64,000 bases of DNA. It comes from Squalus acanthias (lineage: Eukaryota). The stretch is from assembly GCA_030390025.1 (NCBI GenBank), contig CM059432.1:44146001-44210000 (forward strand), read 5' to 3'. Positions 27,300 to 38,999 of the stretch are shown here, one piece after another (the stretch's first letter is position 1; every line of letters begins with the position of its first letter). The notes beneath the pieces were generated by a model. That model had not been told where the DNA came from and did not search any database. It saw only the letters and a list, made by a program, of their open reading frames with translations. A program made the position numbers and the translations under genes.

Positions 27300-27712
27300 C
27301 AGCCACCACCTTAAACATTCACTCCCTCCACCACCGGCGTACCGTGGCTACAGTATGTACCATCTACAAGATGCACTGCAGCAACTCGTCAAGGCTTCTT
27401 CGGCAGCACCTCCCAAACCCGTGACCTCTACCACCTAGGACAAGGGCAGCGGGCGCCTGGGAACACCACCATCTCCAAGTTCCCCTCCAAGTCACACACC
27501 ATCCTGACTTGGAAGTATATCGCTGTTCCTTCATAGTCGCTGGGTCAAAATCCTGGAACTCCCTAACAGCACTGTTGGGAGGACCTTCACCACATGGACT
27601 GCAGTGGTTCAAGAAGGTGGCTCACCACCATCTTCGAGGGCAACTAGGGATGGGCAATAAATGCTGGCCTTGCCAGCGACGCCCACATCCCATGAACAAA
27701 TAAAGAAAAAAG
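27300..27712 (+). mobile_element. 3' end of a poly(A)-tailed CR1/Jockey-group LINE
   Basis: HSLHHRRTVATVCTIYKMHC...KSWNSL motif. Tail gggatgggcaataaatgctggcc...aaaaa shared with 43765-45463 and 62893-63193. Confidence 0.75.
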
Positions 27713-29049
27713 GACCAGCCTTGTGGCAATTTCTTTGTACCACTTCCAAGACTTGGGTGTATTCCTTGTGCTTCAGTAACCAGAACCAAATGTAATACTT
27801 CAGGTGTGGCCTAACCAGAGCCCCATATAGCTTCAGTCTCAGATTTAAACTCTACTGTTTTGGCAATATAGCTCCAGCATTCTTTTTATTTTGTTGCTTC
27901 CTGCTCTGCAGAATGAAAACGTCCACAGTGGCTTAATCATAACAATGTTTTATGCTTATCACCACTATTTTCCTGGAAACTGAACAAGCATTTGGCATGG
28001 TTCAGTGGCTCTATTTTCTGAAGAGCTTAGGTTTTGGCACCAGCATTATTATACTATAGATCAGGGGTTCTCAACCTTTTTGCTTCTGAGGCCCCCCTTC
28101 CATGTTACACAATTTCCACGGACCCCTGTAACACAACACAAATTTTTTCTGTATAAAAAATTCTCTCAATGCTACTCCCACTCATCATGTTACTGCTGCT
28201 GCTGCTATCCCGGTACATGCCCATCCCATTCCCTCTTTCCCTCCACATGAGCCCCTCTTTTCCCCGCAAACCCCAACTGCCTCACCGACTGTTCCCGGCC
28301 CATCAGCTGGTCCTGGTTCTCTGCTTGATTGTCAGTCAAACAGCCATTTTCCCCCATATCCAATATTTAAACAAAATTAGGGCTCATGGGATTGGGGGTA
28401 ATATACTAGTATGGATTGAGGATTGGTTAACGGACAGAAAAGAGAGTAGGAATAAACGGGTCATTTTCGGGTTGGCAGGCTGTAACTAGTGGGGTACCGC
28501 AAGGATCAGTGCTTAGACCTCAGCTATTCACAATCTATCTCCATGATTTGGATGAGGAGACTAAGGGGGGAAAATTCGGTTGCCTAGCGCCTCCTGTTAG
28601 TGCCTCCAGGGGGGGGTGCTAATGGGGCACTAGGAAGTTCGTGCCCGAGCGCAGCGATTTTAGCGCCGCTCGCGAAATTGACCAGACATTTTGTGGCGGC
28701 GCTAAATACTACCGCCACGATCTCCTGCGCCCGCAGATCGTGATGTCAATCGAGCGTGCAACTCCCCGGTAGTGCCCTGGACCGGATATTGAGTCGCGCC
28801 CCCTGCCTTTCCGCCTGCCGCTAGCAATGACAGCAGAGGGGAACTTTTTGCAGTCGGGAAGGGGCTGGGGGAGCGCTATTTAAAGGCGGCTGCTTCCTGT
28901 CTTGTCAGCAAAATTTTTGCACCACGCATGCTGAGAGGGAGAGAGACGTCTGGAGAGATTCAACGCTGTGTGAAGTAGTTTTGGGTCCTGAGCAGCACTT
29001 TGCAGGTTTACTTTTATTTCACCTTCATTCCAGCGATTTAGAAGAGACT

Positions 29050-30090
29050 ATGGGGGCTGCACTGACTCGGGGCGTCGTCCTGCACCGGCAGAATTGGAGG
29101 CAGCAGAGGCGCAGAGAGAGTGGCAAACATGGCCAGAGGAAGGAGGGCCAACAGGCCTCTGCACAGGAGACCTTACCCTCCCAGGGTATTCAGGGAGCAG
29201 TTCTCATACCTTCATTTGTCTGAGGAGCAGTGTTTGCTTAGGCTGCGCTTCAGCAAGGAGGTGGTCACTGAGCTCTGCCACCTGCTGCAACCAGATCTGC
29301 AGCCTCACCTCAGGACCAAGACGTCTCTGTCTCTGGCAGTGAAGGTGACAGTGGCTCTGAATTTTTATGCCAGCGGCTCCTTTCAAGCTTCTACTGGGGA
29401 CATTGCCAATATCCCCCAGTTCGCTGTCCATTGTTGTATCCGGGAGGTGACAAATGCCCTGTATAAAAGGAGACGCCAGTACATCTCTTTCCCCATGACC
29501 CGGGCCAAACAGCATGAACGCGCATGTGGCTTTGCTAGGATAGCGGGCTTCCCCCTGGTGCAGGGCGCCATTGACTGCATGCATGTGGCATTGCGGGCCT
29601 CCCATGAAACTGCAGGAGGTATTCTGAAACCGCAAGGGCTACCACTCCTTAAATGTGAAGTTGGTCTGTGACCACACACAGCTCATACTCGCCGTCAATG
29701 CCCGCTATCCTGGCAGCAGCCACAATGCTTTCATCCTGCGCCAGACTGGTGTGCCAGACCTTTTCCAGGCACCGCATCACCCAAGTGGATGGCTCCTCGG
29801 GGACAAGGGTTATCCACTCTGCACCTGGCTGATGACACCGCTCTGTAACCCCAACACCCCTGCCGAGCTGTGGTATAATGAGAGCCATAGCGCCACCAGC
29901 AACATAATTGAGTAGATGATCGGCATGCTGAAGCAACGGTTCTGCTGTCGACCACTCAGGAGGAGCCCTGCAGTACTCTCCTAAGTGAGTCTCCCTGTTC
30001 ATAGTTGTGTGCTACATGCTTCACAACCTCGCAATCCTGAGGATCCAGCCAATGCCACCAGGAATTGGTATACCACCTGAGGAGGAGTAG
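29050..30090 (+). pseudogene. Harbinger DDE transposase (HARBI1-like), disrupted
   Basis: [38 protein letters not shown] and LLGDKGYP, with frameshifts and stops. Confidence 0.9.
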
Positions 30091-30463
30091 GATGAGGAGG
30101 AGGATCAGCAGCAGCACCAACGTGGGAGTGAGGTGCACAATGTTGCCAGTGCAAGGGCCGTGTGAACGGCTGATAAGCTGCTTCTAGGCCCCGACTGAAA
30201 AGATGGCTTCTGGCATGGAGAACAACATCATGGAAAGCAACCCGCACCCCCTATTGCCGGCCAAAGCTGGAATGATTCAAAAGACCAAAAATGTAAATTT
30301 TGAATTAAAAAAACTTATTTATTTAACAAACTGTGTGTGTCATTTATTCAGCACAAATAATTAGAAACCAACACAACAAATCATGAACTAACAGAACTCG
30401 TTCTCACAAGATGGCGATAAACGGCAAAACAGTAAACAAATGTAATCACACGAACCTCGACCT

Positions 30464-32261
30464 TTACCACAAACATTCCCACCATTTATTTAGACCTCCT
30501 ACTGTTTTGCCCTTCGAGGGTGATCTCCATCCCCTGCGCACTTCCCCCCTTCCCACCCTTTTGCGACTCCATAATGGGGCCCCAGTGGCTGCAGCACGGC
30601 TGGTGGAAGGCTGCTGAATGTCAGATCCAGACACTGCAGATGCCCTTGAAGGACACCCTCGACCAGCTCTGGGCCTGGAGGGCCCAGCTGCAGACTGCAC
30701 CAACTCTGCATAGGCGGCAACAGTCTGGGCTGGCTGTGTTGCAGGCCATGGCAAGTGCAATGGGGAAGTGCCAGTGGTGGGAGCAGGAATGCTGTCATCC
30801 TGAGAGAGGACAGCACCTTCCTGCTCAACCGACACACTGGCACTCCCACGGGGCAGTACCTCAGCATCCGGAGCAATGCACAGATTGCTGGCCTGCTGCA
30901 GTACTGAGATCCCCGAGGAACTGTGGGCGACCCAGCAAGGATGGCAGCAGTCAGTGCTTGCGTGACATCAATCTGAGACTGCATGAGAGCAGTCTGAGAC
31001 TGGATGGCACCAGCCAATGACTGAATTGCAGCACTAAGCCGTTGTGTTGCGTCGGCCTGTGCTGCAGCGGACTGCTCCATACTCCTTGCCAATCCATCCA
31101 TGCTTTCGGGCACCCTTGCCATTGCACCCATGAGCTCAGTGTGCATGCTCAAGGCCCGGCTATTCATGGCTGCGATGGCGCGGTCCTCATCTGAGTTCTG
31201 TGCAGCAGGACTCGCTTGCCTACTCACCCTCCGGGGAGCTGGCCCCCGAGCTTCCCTACCCCCATGGCATTGCTGCAGCCCGCTGGGTCCAGGAGCCCTC
31301 ATCAGACCCTACTCCCCTGCTCCCCTCCAAGGAAGGCGTGGTCTCAGTGTCCGAATGGGCTCCCTCGGGAAACGCAGGCGGTGAGGCTCCGGCTTCCTAT
31401 TCCTCCTCGTCTGGTGCGTCGCTACCACTGTTAGGTTGAGGGACAGGCTGGTCAGCTGGTGGTTCACTATCTGAAAGCAGGGAGGTACAAGAGTGGCTTT
31501 AGTGTGAGGACAGGGGGGACAGTAAGTGAGCAAGGACTGGAGACCGTTAGTAAGTTGGATTGAAAGTGTAAAAGGCTGGTGTTGTGAGGGGCAAGTGGTA
31601 TGAGAGAAGAGAGAAAGCTGATGAACATACCATTGCTGTCCCCAAGGGGGTCGACATCTCCAGCGGCCACAGTACCTATGACCTGGCTGGCAACGATCCT
31701 GTGCACTCACGCCTCCAAATCGGTGAGGGTGTGTAGGTCAGCCAGTCCTCCTCCCGTGCATTGTAACTCTAGCCTGTTATGAGAGAGCTTGGCCTGCAAG
31801 AAAAAGGATGGCGTCTGAGTGAGTGTGCAGCCATGTGCTTGCCTGATGTGCCTCCCATAATTGAATAGCCCTTAATGTATGCAAGGTGTGGAATGTGCGC
31901 GTGTGTTTTATGAGATGGCCATAGGTCTTGGATGAGTGTTGGGCATTTGGGGTTTTTAAACCCTCTGGGCACAGAGTGAAGTTGAGATGGAGGGACGTAG
32001 AGGTATTGAAAAGCAGCCACTCACCTTGACCACCCGAGTGAGGTCGCTGAACTTCTTCCGACATTGGGTGTGGGTTCTCGGCACCAGGCTCCTCAAGGAG
32101 ACATGCTGAGCCACCTCCCTCCAGACTCTTCTGTACTCCCGGGGCAATGGCCTCCTGCCACTCTCTGGGTAGAGCACTGCCTGTCGCCGCTCGATTGCGC
32201 CAACCAGAGCCACCAAGGCCTGGTCGCTAAAGCGCTGAGCTCTTTCCCTGGGCCTATCCAT
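30464..32261 (-). pseudogene. Harbinger Myb/SANT-like partner gene, 3 exons (32025-32261, 31631-31793, about 30464-31470), disrupted
   Basis: RFSDQAL...W.EVA...RT..QCRKKFSDL. Canonical gtgagt and gtatgt donors and cag acceptors. In-frame TGA in exon 2 and frameshifts in exon 3. Confidence 0.85.
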
Positions 32262-34189
32262 TAGTGGTTCCAGCACAATTGCTTTAGAGGTCTCTCCAGG
32301 CCGAGATTCAAGGCTGCAATGAGCAGGGTGTGGCTGGCCAGCAAGATGGACCCTCCCCTTTAAAAACTGGCCGGCACCAGTCTGTCTGTGTTCCATTGCT
32401 AACTGACCTCACCTGAGCTTCGGTAGCACTCTGAGGTAGCGCCTCGCTCCTCGACCGTTCGTGCCTTAAGAGAGGTATGTAGCGCCTGATTTAGCGCTCA
32501 AATCACCTCTAGGGACAATAGAGACAAATTTTGCAGTCGGAGGCAATAATTTGCCCCAGGCGCTAAACTTTGCGCCCGGCCGATAATAGCACCTCAAACA
32601 GGGCGATACCAAATTTCTCCCCCCAAATGTAATATATCCAAGTTTGCTGATGATACAAAGCTAGGTGGGAATATAAGTTGTGAGGAGGATACAAAGAGGC
32701 TTCAAGGGGATATAAACAGGCTAAATGAGTGGGCAAGAACATGGCAAATGGAATATAATGTGGAGAAATGTGAAGTTATCCACTTTGGTAGGAAAAATAG
32801 AAAAGCAGAGTATTTTTTAAATGGTGAGAGATTGGGAAATGTTGGTGTTCAGAGGGACCTGGGTGTCCTTGTACACGAATCACTGAAAGTTAACATGCAG
32901 GTACAGCAAGCAATTAGGAAAGCAAATGGTATGCTGGCCTTTATTACAAGAGGATTTGAGTATAAGAGTAAAGACATCTTACTGCAATTACATAGGGCCC
33001 TGGTGAGACCACACCTGGAGTATTGTGTACAGTTTTGGTCTCCTTACCTAAGGAAAGATATACTTGCCATAGAGGGAGTGCAACGAAGGTTCACCAGACT
33101 GGTTCCTGGGATGGGGGGATTGTCCTATGAGGAGAGATTGAGCGGACTAGGCCTTTATTCTCTGGAGTTTAGAAGAATGAGAGGTGATCTCATTGAAACA
33201 TACAAAATTCTTACAGGGCTTGACAGGGTAGATGCAGGGTGGATGTTTCCTCTGGCTGGGGAGTCTAGAACCAGGGGTCACAGACTCAGAATAAGGGGGA
33301 GGCCATTTAGGACTGAAATAAGGAGAAATTTCTTCATTCAGAGGGTGGTGAATCTTTGAAATTCTCTACCCCAGAGGGCTGTTGAGGTAGTCGTTGAGGA
33401 TATTCAAGACAGAGATCGATAGATTTTTGGATATTAAGAGAATCAAGGATATGGAGATAGTGCAGGAAAGTGGAGTTGAGGTAGAAGATCAGCCATGGTC
33501 TTATTGAATGGCAGAGCAGGCTCGAAGGGCCAAATGGCCTACTCCTGCTCCTATTTCTTATGTACTTATGTTTCATAACTAATAAACAAATGTGTACAAT
33601 GAAAATGAAAAAAAAATGTTTTAAGGTACGAATGATTTTTTTTCTATCAAATTGCTCGCAGCCGTGTCCAGATTAATGTTTTATTCCTGGTGACTCCAGG
33701 ACAATCCTGGAAGACTGAAATCCTAGCCTGGAGGCCAACATTGGGTATGAACAATTAGGTCTGCCTGTGATGCCCTCCTTGGTAGAACAAGAATGCTAAC
33801 ACTCAAGTTATAGGCTCGCAGGTGAAGAATGAATGAGGTTAGGCAGCAAAGGGCAGCCAGCACCCTTGTAAACTGTACTTCAGTGTGAGTCAACACTCTT
33901 GCTAAAATCTATCGGATTCTGATATTTCCCAGAATATGTCAAGGGTACAGTCGGACGCTTTTGATCGAGTCTAGATGTCGAATCGGTTGGACATGTAGAT
34001 GGTTCTGCTGGTTGTACTGTAACTGTTCGGCCAGCAGGCCAGTCCGCCCATATATACAGCGGGACCTGGCGAGAGGAGAGCGGCGAACAGAGCTCGAGCC
34101 GGATCTATGCCAGATGATACAATATCCATTAGCAATTTGAAATAGATTTTTTTTTAAATTAAGTTTATTTTGTAAATTAAGTTTTTTTA

Positions 34190-34565
34190 GGGGAAAGAAA
34201 GTTACTGGTTTATTAATCCAGAGGCTTGGATTGCTAATTCAGAGAATGAATCCAAATCCTACCAGCAGTTTGAGAATTTGAATTCGGTTTTTAAAAAAAT
34301 CTGGAAATAAAAAACTGGTTTCAGTAAATGTTACCATAAAGCTGTCATTTAAAAAAAAACTAGTTCACTTTTTTAGGTAAGGAAACCAGCCATCCTTACC
34401 CAGTCTGATCTATCTGTGAGTGCAGGCCCACAGCAACATGGTTGACTCTTAACTGCCCTCTCAAATGGTCTAGCAAGCCATTCAGTTGTATCATCATCTT
34501 CTGAGGGCAACTAGAGACAGGCAATACATGCTGTCCTTATCAGTGATGCCCATATCCCAAGAAAG
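34190..34565 (+). mobile_element. tRNA-derived SINE with 3' tail shared with the poly(A) LINE
   Basis: Degenerate tRNA head. Tail gggcaactagagacaggcaatacatgctg...cccatatccc resembles 27640-27692. Confidence 0.55.
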
Positions 34566-35029
34566 CTTTTAAGGGTTTGGTCTAAAAGAGGTACAGGTAA
34601 GTGAAATACTCATAGTCCATAGATGACCATTTTAACCCATCTTCTACAGTACTGTTTTTGCATACGTACTAGATCATGAACTCTGACCAAAATGACCTGG
34701 ACATATCTAAACCATTCTCCGTCATGGTTCTGAACTCCTAGGAACAATGAAATACCTTCCTGTGGACCATGTGCCTAATCAAATTGTGAAATGGATTTGT
34801 GCCAAAGGAAAAATGGTTGCAGGGAGGGAAGGTACTACCCTACATCAACCCTTCAGTGAATACCCTGAATGGGGAGTCAGCTTCATGTGGGCATCCAACT
34901 TTGTCAAAGCTCACATATTAAGCAGTTGGTGAAGAGCAAATTTGGGCTCATCTTGAGCATCATGGTGGTTGGCACCTTGCAAGTTGCCCTCTATTGGAAG
35001 ACTGGTATGAGAATGTATGCTCATTCACG

Positions 35030-35785
35030 TGACCTTTTACCCCTCCTTTCCCACAGTCCAGGGCCCCAAACATTCCTTCCAGGTGAAACAGTGATTTACT
35101 TGTACTTCTTTCAATTTAGTATACTGTATTCGCTGCTCACGATGCGGTCTCCTCTACATTGGGGAGACCAAACGCAGATTGGGTGACCGCTTTGCGGAAC
35201 ACTTCCTTTCAGTCCGCAAATGTGACCCTGAGCTTCCAACCGCCTGTCATTTTAATTCGCCACCCCACTCCCACTCTGACTTCTCTGTCCTTGGCCTCCT
35301 ACACTGTTCTAATTAAGCATAACGGAAGCTCGAGGAACAGCACCTCATCTTTCGATTAGGCACTTTACAACTTTCCGGACTCTACATTTAGTTCAACAAT
35401 TTCAGATCATAACCACCGCTCCAATTTTTTTGGACAACAGCTGTTGGTAATGATTCTGCTATTGCTATTTACACCACCTCTAGACCCATCTTTTGTTTCT
35501 TTACTTGTCCCATTACCACCTCCTTTTACCTTGCACCATCATCCCTTGTCATTTAATCTCTCCCACCTTCCATCCTATCACAGGCCTTCCCTTTTGTTCA
35601 TATCTTCTCCCCACCCCCCCACCCCCCTCTTTCTCTGCCTCTGTACTTGCTTAAAACCTGTTACATCTCTAACCTTTTCCAGTTCTGATGAAAGGTCATC
35701 AGTCTGAAACATTAACTTTGTTTTCTCTCTCCATAGATGCTGCCTGACCTGCTGAGTATTTCCAGCATTTTCTGTTTTTATCTCA
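35030..35785 (+). mobile_element. Penelope-like element 3' fragment (GIY-YIG endonuclease plus pLTR)
   Basis: Translates FTCTSFNLVYCIRCSRCGLLYIGETKRRLGDRFAEH, followed by a pLTR with a hammerhead core. Confidence 0.88.
35681..35718 (+). ncRNA. Minimal type I hammerhead ribozyme (Penelope pLTR), degenerate helix II
   Basis: agtt-CTGATGA-aaggtcatcagtct-GAAAC-att-aact: both core boxes are present and agtt/aact can form helix I. Confidence 0.65.
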
Positions 35786-35989
35786 TATATCCAATATATC
35801 AATCCATGCAGAGAGGCAAGCAGGTGCTTCTGAAACCCTGCACCCTCAACTGATGGAACCAGTATTTATATTGGATATTGTATCATGGCATAGTGTAACT
35901 TTAGTTTGGTATGCCCCTGCTGTGGTCAGATGGGATGAGTAGATTGTGCTGTTCACCAACTGCTCCCAAAGAACTTCTGTCATCTTCTA

Positions 35990-36083
35990 TAAAAACAGAA
36001 AATGCTGGGAAACACTCAGCAGGTCAGGCAGCATCTGTTGAGAGAGAAAAAGAGCCAATGTTTCAGGTCAATGACCCTTCATA
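35990..36083 (-). mobile_element. Penelope pLTR fragment
   Basis: Reverse complement of about 35690-35780. Confidence 0.75.
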
Positions 36084-36299
36084 ATTGTAATCTGTTGTTT
36101 ACCTAGTGAGGACTCAAAACTGGTGATTATTCTCCCTTGAGGAAGGTCTCTTTGGTGGTCAAGCTTGCTTCAAGATGAGACACCGCGATGTAATTTCAGA
36201 ACGAAGTAAACTCTGACAGACTTGGTAATCAGGTACCTGAGTTCAATAATAGTATCAGAGACATGTTAAATATCCAAGTTTACAGTATGGCTTAGCACA

Positions 36300-37910
36300 A
36301 CTGGTTTAGCCATTCATCGGCAGATCTGGCCGGAACGCATCAGGCCCTGTTCTCCTCTGCCAAAACTGCTCATTTACTCCAAGATCATCCTGGAATGCAA
36401 AGATAACCACCGGCTTCTTTTCTCATCACCAACTGTCTCCTTAAACTCCTCTCTCCTGGCCCCTTCACTTTCACCTCCAACAAGTGTGAGGAACTAATGA
36501 CTTCTTTGTCATGAAGATTGAGACCGTCTGTTCAGCTGCCTCTGCTGCATCCTTCCATTCCCCTTGTCTACCAAGCCAAGTTTCCCCCAAGGTTGCCCCC
36601 CTGCCTTAGCCCTTTCTCTAATTTCTCTCCCTCATGCCCATTCCGAGTTCATGAGACCTACCTCCTGCTCTCTCGACCCTATTCTCACTAAACTGCTGAC
36701 CACCCAACTTCCCTTCCTTGCCCCCATGCTAGCTGATATTGTAAATGGTTCCCTCTCCTCAGGTACTGTCCCCCTCCCTTTCAAATCTGCCGTCATCACC
36801 CCATCCTCAAAAAAACCATCCTTCACCCCTCTGTCCTAGCAAACTACTGCCCCATTTCCAATCTCCCTTTCCTCTTGAGAATGTTGTTGCTTCCCAAATC
36901 CATACCCACCTTTCCTGCAATTTCATGTTTGAATCTCTCCAATTAGGTTTCTGCCCCTGCTACAGCAGTGAAACGGCCCTAATCAAAGTTACAAGTGATA
37001 TATTCTGTGATCGTGGTGCACTATCCTTCCTCATCCTTCTCAACCTGTCTGCAGCCTTTGACACAGTGACCACACCATCCTCTTCAAATGCCTATCCTCC
37101 ATTGTCCAGCTGAGTGGGACTATCCTTGCCCAATTCCACTCTTACCTATCTAGTCGTAGCTATAAAATCTCCTGTAATGGCTTTTTTTCCTGCCCCCGCA
37201 CAGTTACCTCTGGAATTACCCTCCTATTTCTCATCTATATGCTGCCCCTCAGCAACATCATCCGAAAACAACGCCAGGTTCCACGTGTTCACTGACGACA
37301 CCCAGCTCTACCTCACTACCACCATCCAGTCTTGGCTGAGCTGAAATCTCCTCCAATTCAACATTGCTAAGACCGAAGCCACTGTCTTTGGCTGCTGCCA
37401 CAAACTCCATTCCCTAATCATTGATTCCATTCCCCTCCCTGGCCACTATCTCAGGCTGAAACCAGAGTTCTTGCAAACTCGACGTCCTATTTGACACGGA
37501 GATATGCTTCCGACCTTGTATGCTCTCCATCACAAAGACCGCATACTTCCACCTCCATAACATTGCCCATCTCCGCCCCTGCCTCAGCCGATCAGCTGCT
37601 GAAAGTCTCATCCATGTTGTTCCTACCTCCTAACTTGAGTATTCTAATACTCTCCTGGCTGACTTCCCATCTTCCACCCTCCATAAACTTGAGCTCATCC
37701 AAAACTCTGCTGCTATGCTTTCAGCTGTCTATAAAACTCTGGAATTTCCTCTCTAAACCTCTCCACCTTTAAAATGCTCCTTAAAACCTACCTCTCCTAA
37801 TGTCTCCTTATGTGGCTCAGTGTTTTTTGTCTGATTACACTCCTGTGAAGTGTCTTGGGATGTTTTACTACATTAAAAGGTGCTATATAAATGCAAGCTG
37901 TTGCTGTAAA
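36300..37910 (+). mobile_element. L2 LINE, decayed RT and 3' end
   Basis: PTSCSLDPILTKLL, SETALIKV, LNLSAAFDTV and FTDDTQLY. Tail gctatataaatgcaagctgttg. Confidence 0.85.
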
Positions 37911-38999
37911 TGCTTTGGAGACAACTGTGATGAGTTGTTTAATACAGTTGTTGTGTTCTTTAGTCCTTCTTGTCCAAGCTTAGCTTTGTGTGTTAGATTT
38001 TTACTTTCTACTTTACTCTGAGTTCTGAGATGAAAGCTACTAAGATGTTAACTAACAGCTGTAATAGCACCTTACAAGTTTTAGTTCTGTTGACAAGATC
38101 CATAGCGTAGTACTCAGTTCACTATTTGTATCCTTAAAGGTCTCAAGCCAAGCAGGCACAGGTCTTCGTTGACCTGGTAACACCAGGATGCAGAGGTAAT
38201 TTATTTGAGTTTTATAGAATACAAGGAATAACCCTTTGTTTTACAGAATATCTATATTATAGCTTTCCTACAAGGGGGAGATCCATCACTGGAGGCTGAA
38301 ATTTTTCCAGGTGACCTGCAAACTAATGCTCTAGCTGCACAAGTGGCAGTGTGTTGGTAGGCTATATGATTATAGCTAGTTAAACTCCAGCAGTACTTTT
38401 GCGCAGACTTGAGTTCTAACAATTAGGTCTAAGCTCTCTGGATTTACATAAATTGAGTATATGCCTTTGGGGACACAGTGCACATTCCATATTGGGCAAA
38501 CAGAAACTCTACATTGATTTTGCGATAGATTAGTTTTAGAATTCCTAGGCCCCAAGCTCTGGAATTCTCTCCCTCAATCCCCCTACTTTTCCACTGCCCT
38601 CCCTTTCTTTTAAGATCATTCTTAAAGCCCACCTCTTTGGCCAAGCTTTTCCTATTTCTCCAATGTGATGAGGAGGCTTACTTTTTGAAGATTTAAATTC
38701 AAAACCGTTTGTATGCCAGATAGTATTGTGCCAACTCCATTTGAATGCAGTATAGCTGTGCGAGCAAGGAGAACTGCCGTGGTTCTTCGAAGGCTATTCT
38801 GACACAGGTTTGGCCAGCACCTGCAGTATTATGATTTAAATTTTGGGGCCTGTAAAAGAAACATTCTGGCGTGCCACGGACCACACAAGTACAGGAGGAT
38901 CGAGGCATGAAACGATTTAAAGTATCCAGTTGATATCTTAGAAGTAGAATCTGTATAATCGTGATTGCACAAGCTATTATTCAAAAAGTCAGAAGAGTC

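Larger units (their letters stand above)
28565..32623. mobile_element. Full-length (4059 bp) two-gene PIF/Harbinger transposon
   Basis: TIRs ggggggaaaattcggt / accaaatttctccccc, 3-bp TSD taa/caa, convergent transposase and Myb/SANT genes. Confidence 0.92.
28366..33575 (+). mobile_element. CR1 LINE 3' portion split by a Harbinger insertion
   Basis: RT sequence ...gatgaggagac (28561) resumes at caaatgtaatatatccaag (32624). ORF 32748-33359 and a CR1 tail near 33570. Confidence 0.9.
33930..38900 (+). pseudogene. Decayed protein-coding tract B, candidate endogenous paramyxovirus-like element, interrupted by SINE, Penelope and L2 insertions
   Basis: GFVPKEKWLQGG (34793), QIWAHL (34937), WYENVCSF (35003), GASETLHPQLMEPVF (35823), Y/PLLWSDGM (35910) and IAVRARRTA/GSSKAILTQVWPAPAVL (38752-38831). 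Colinear homology with tract A. Confidence 0.45.
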
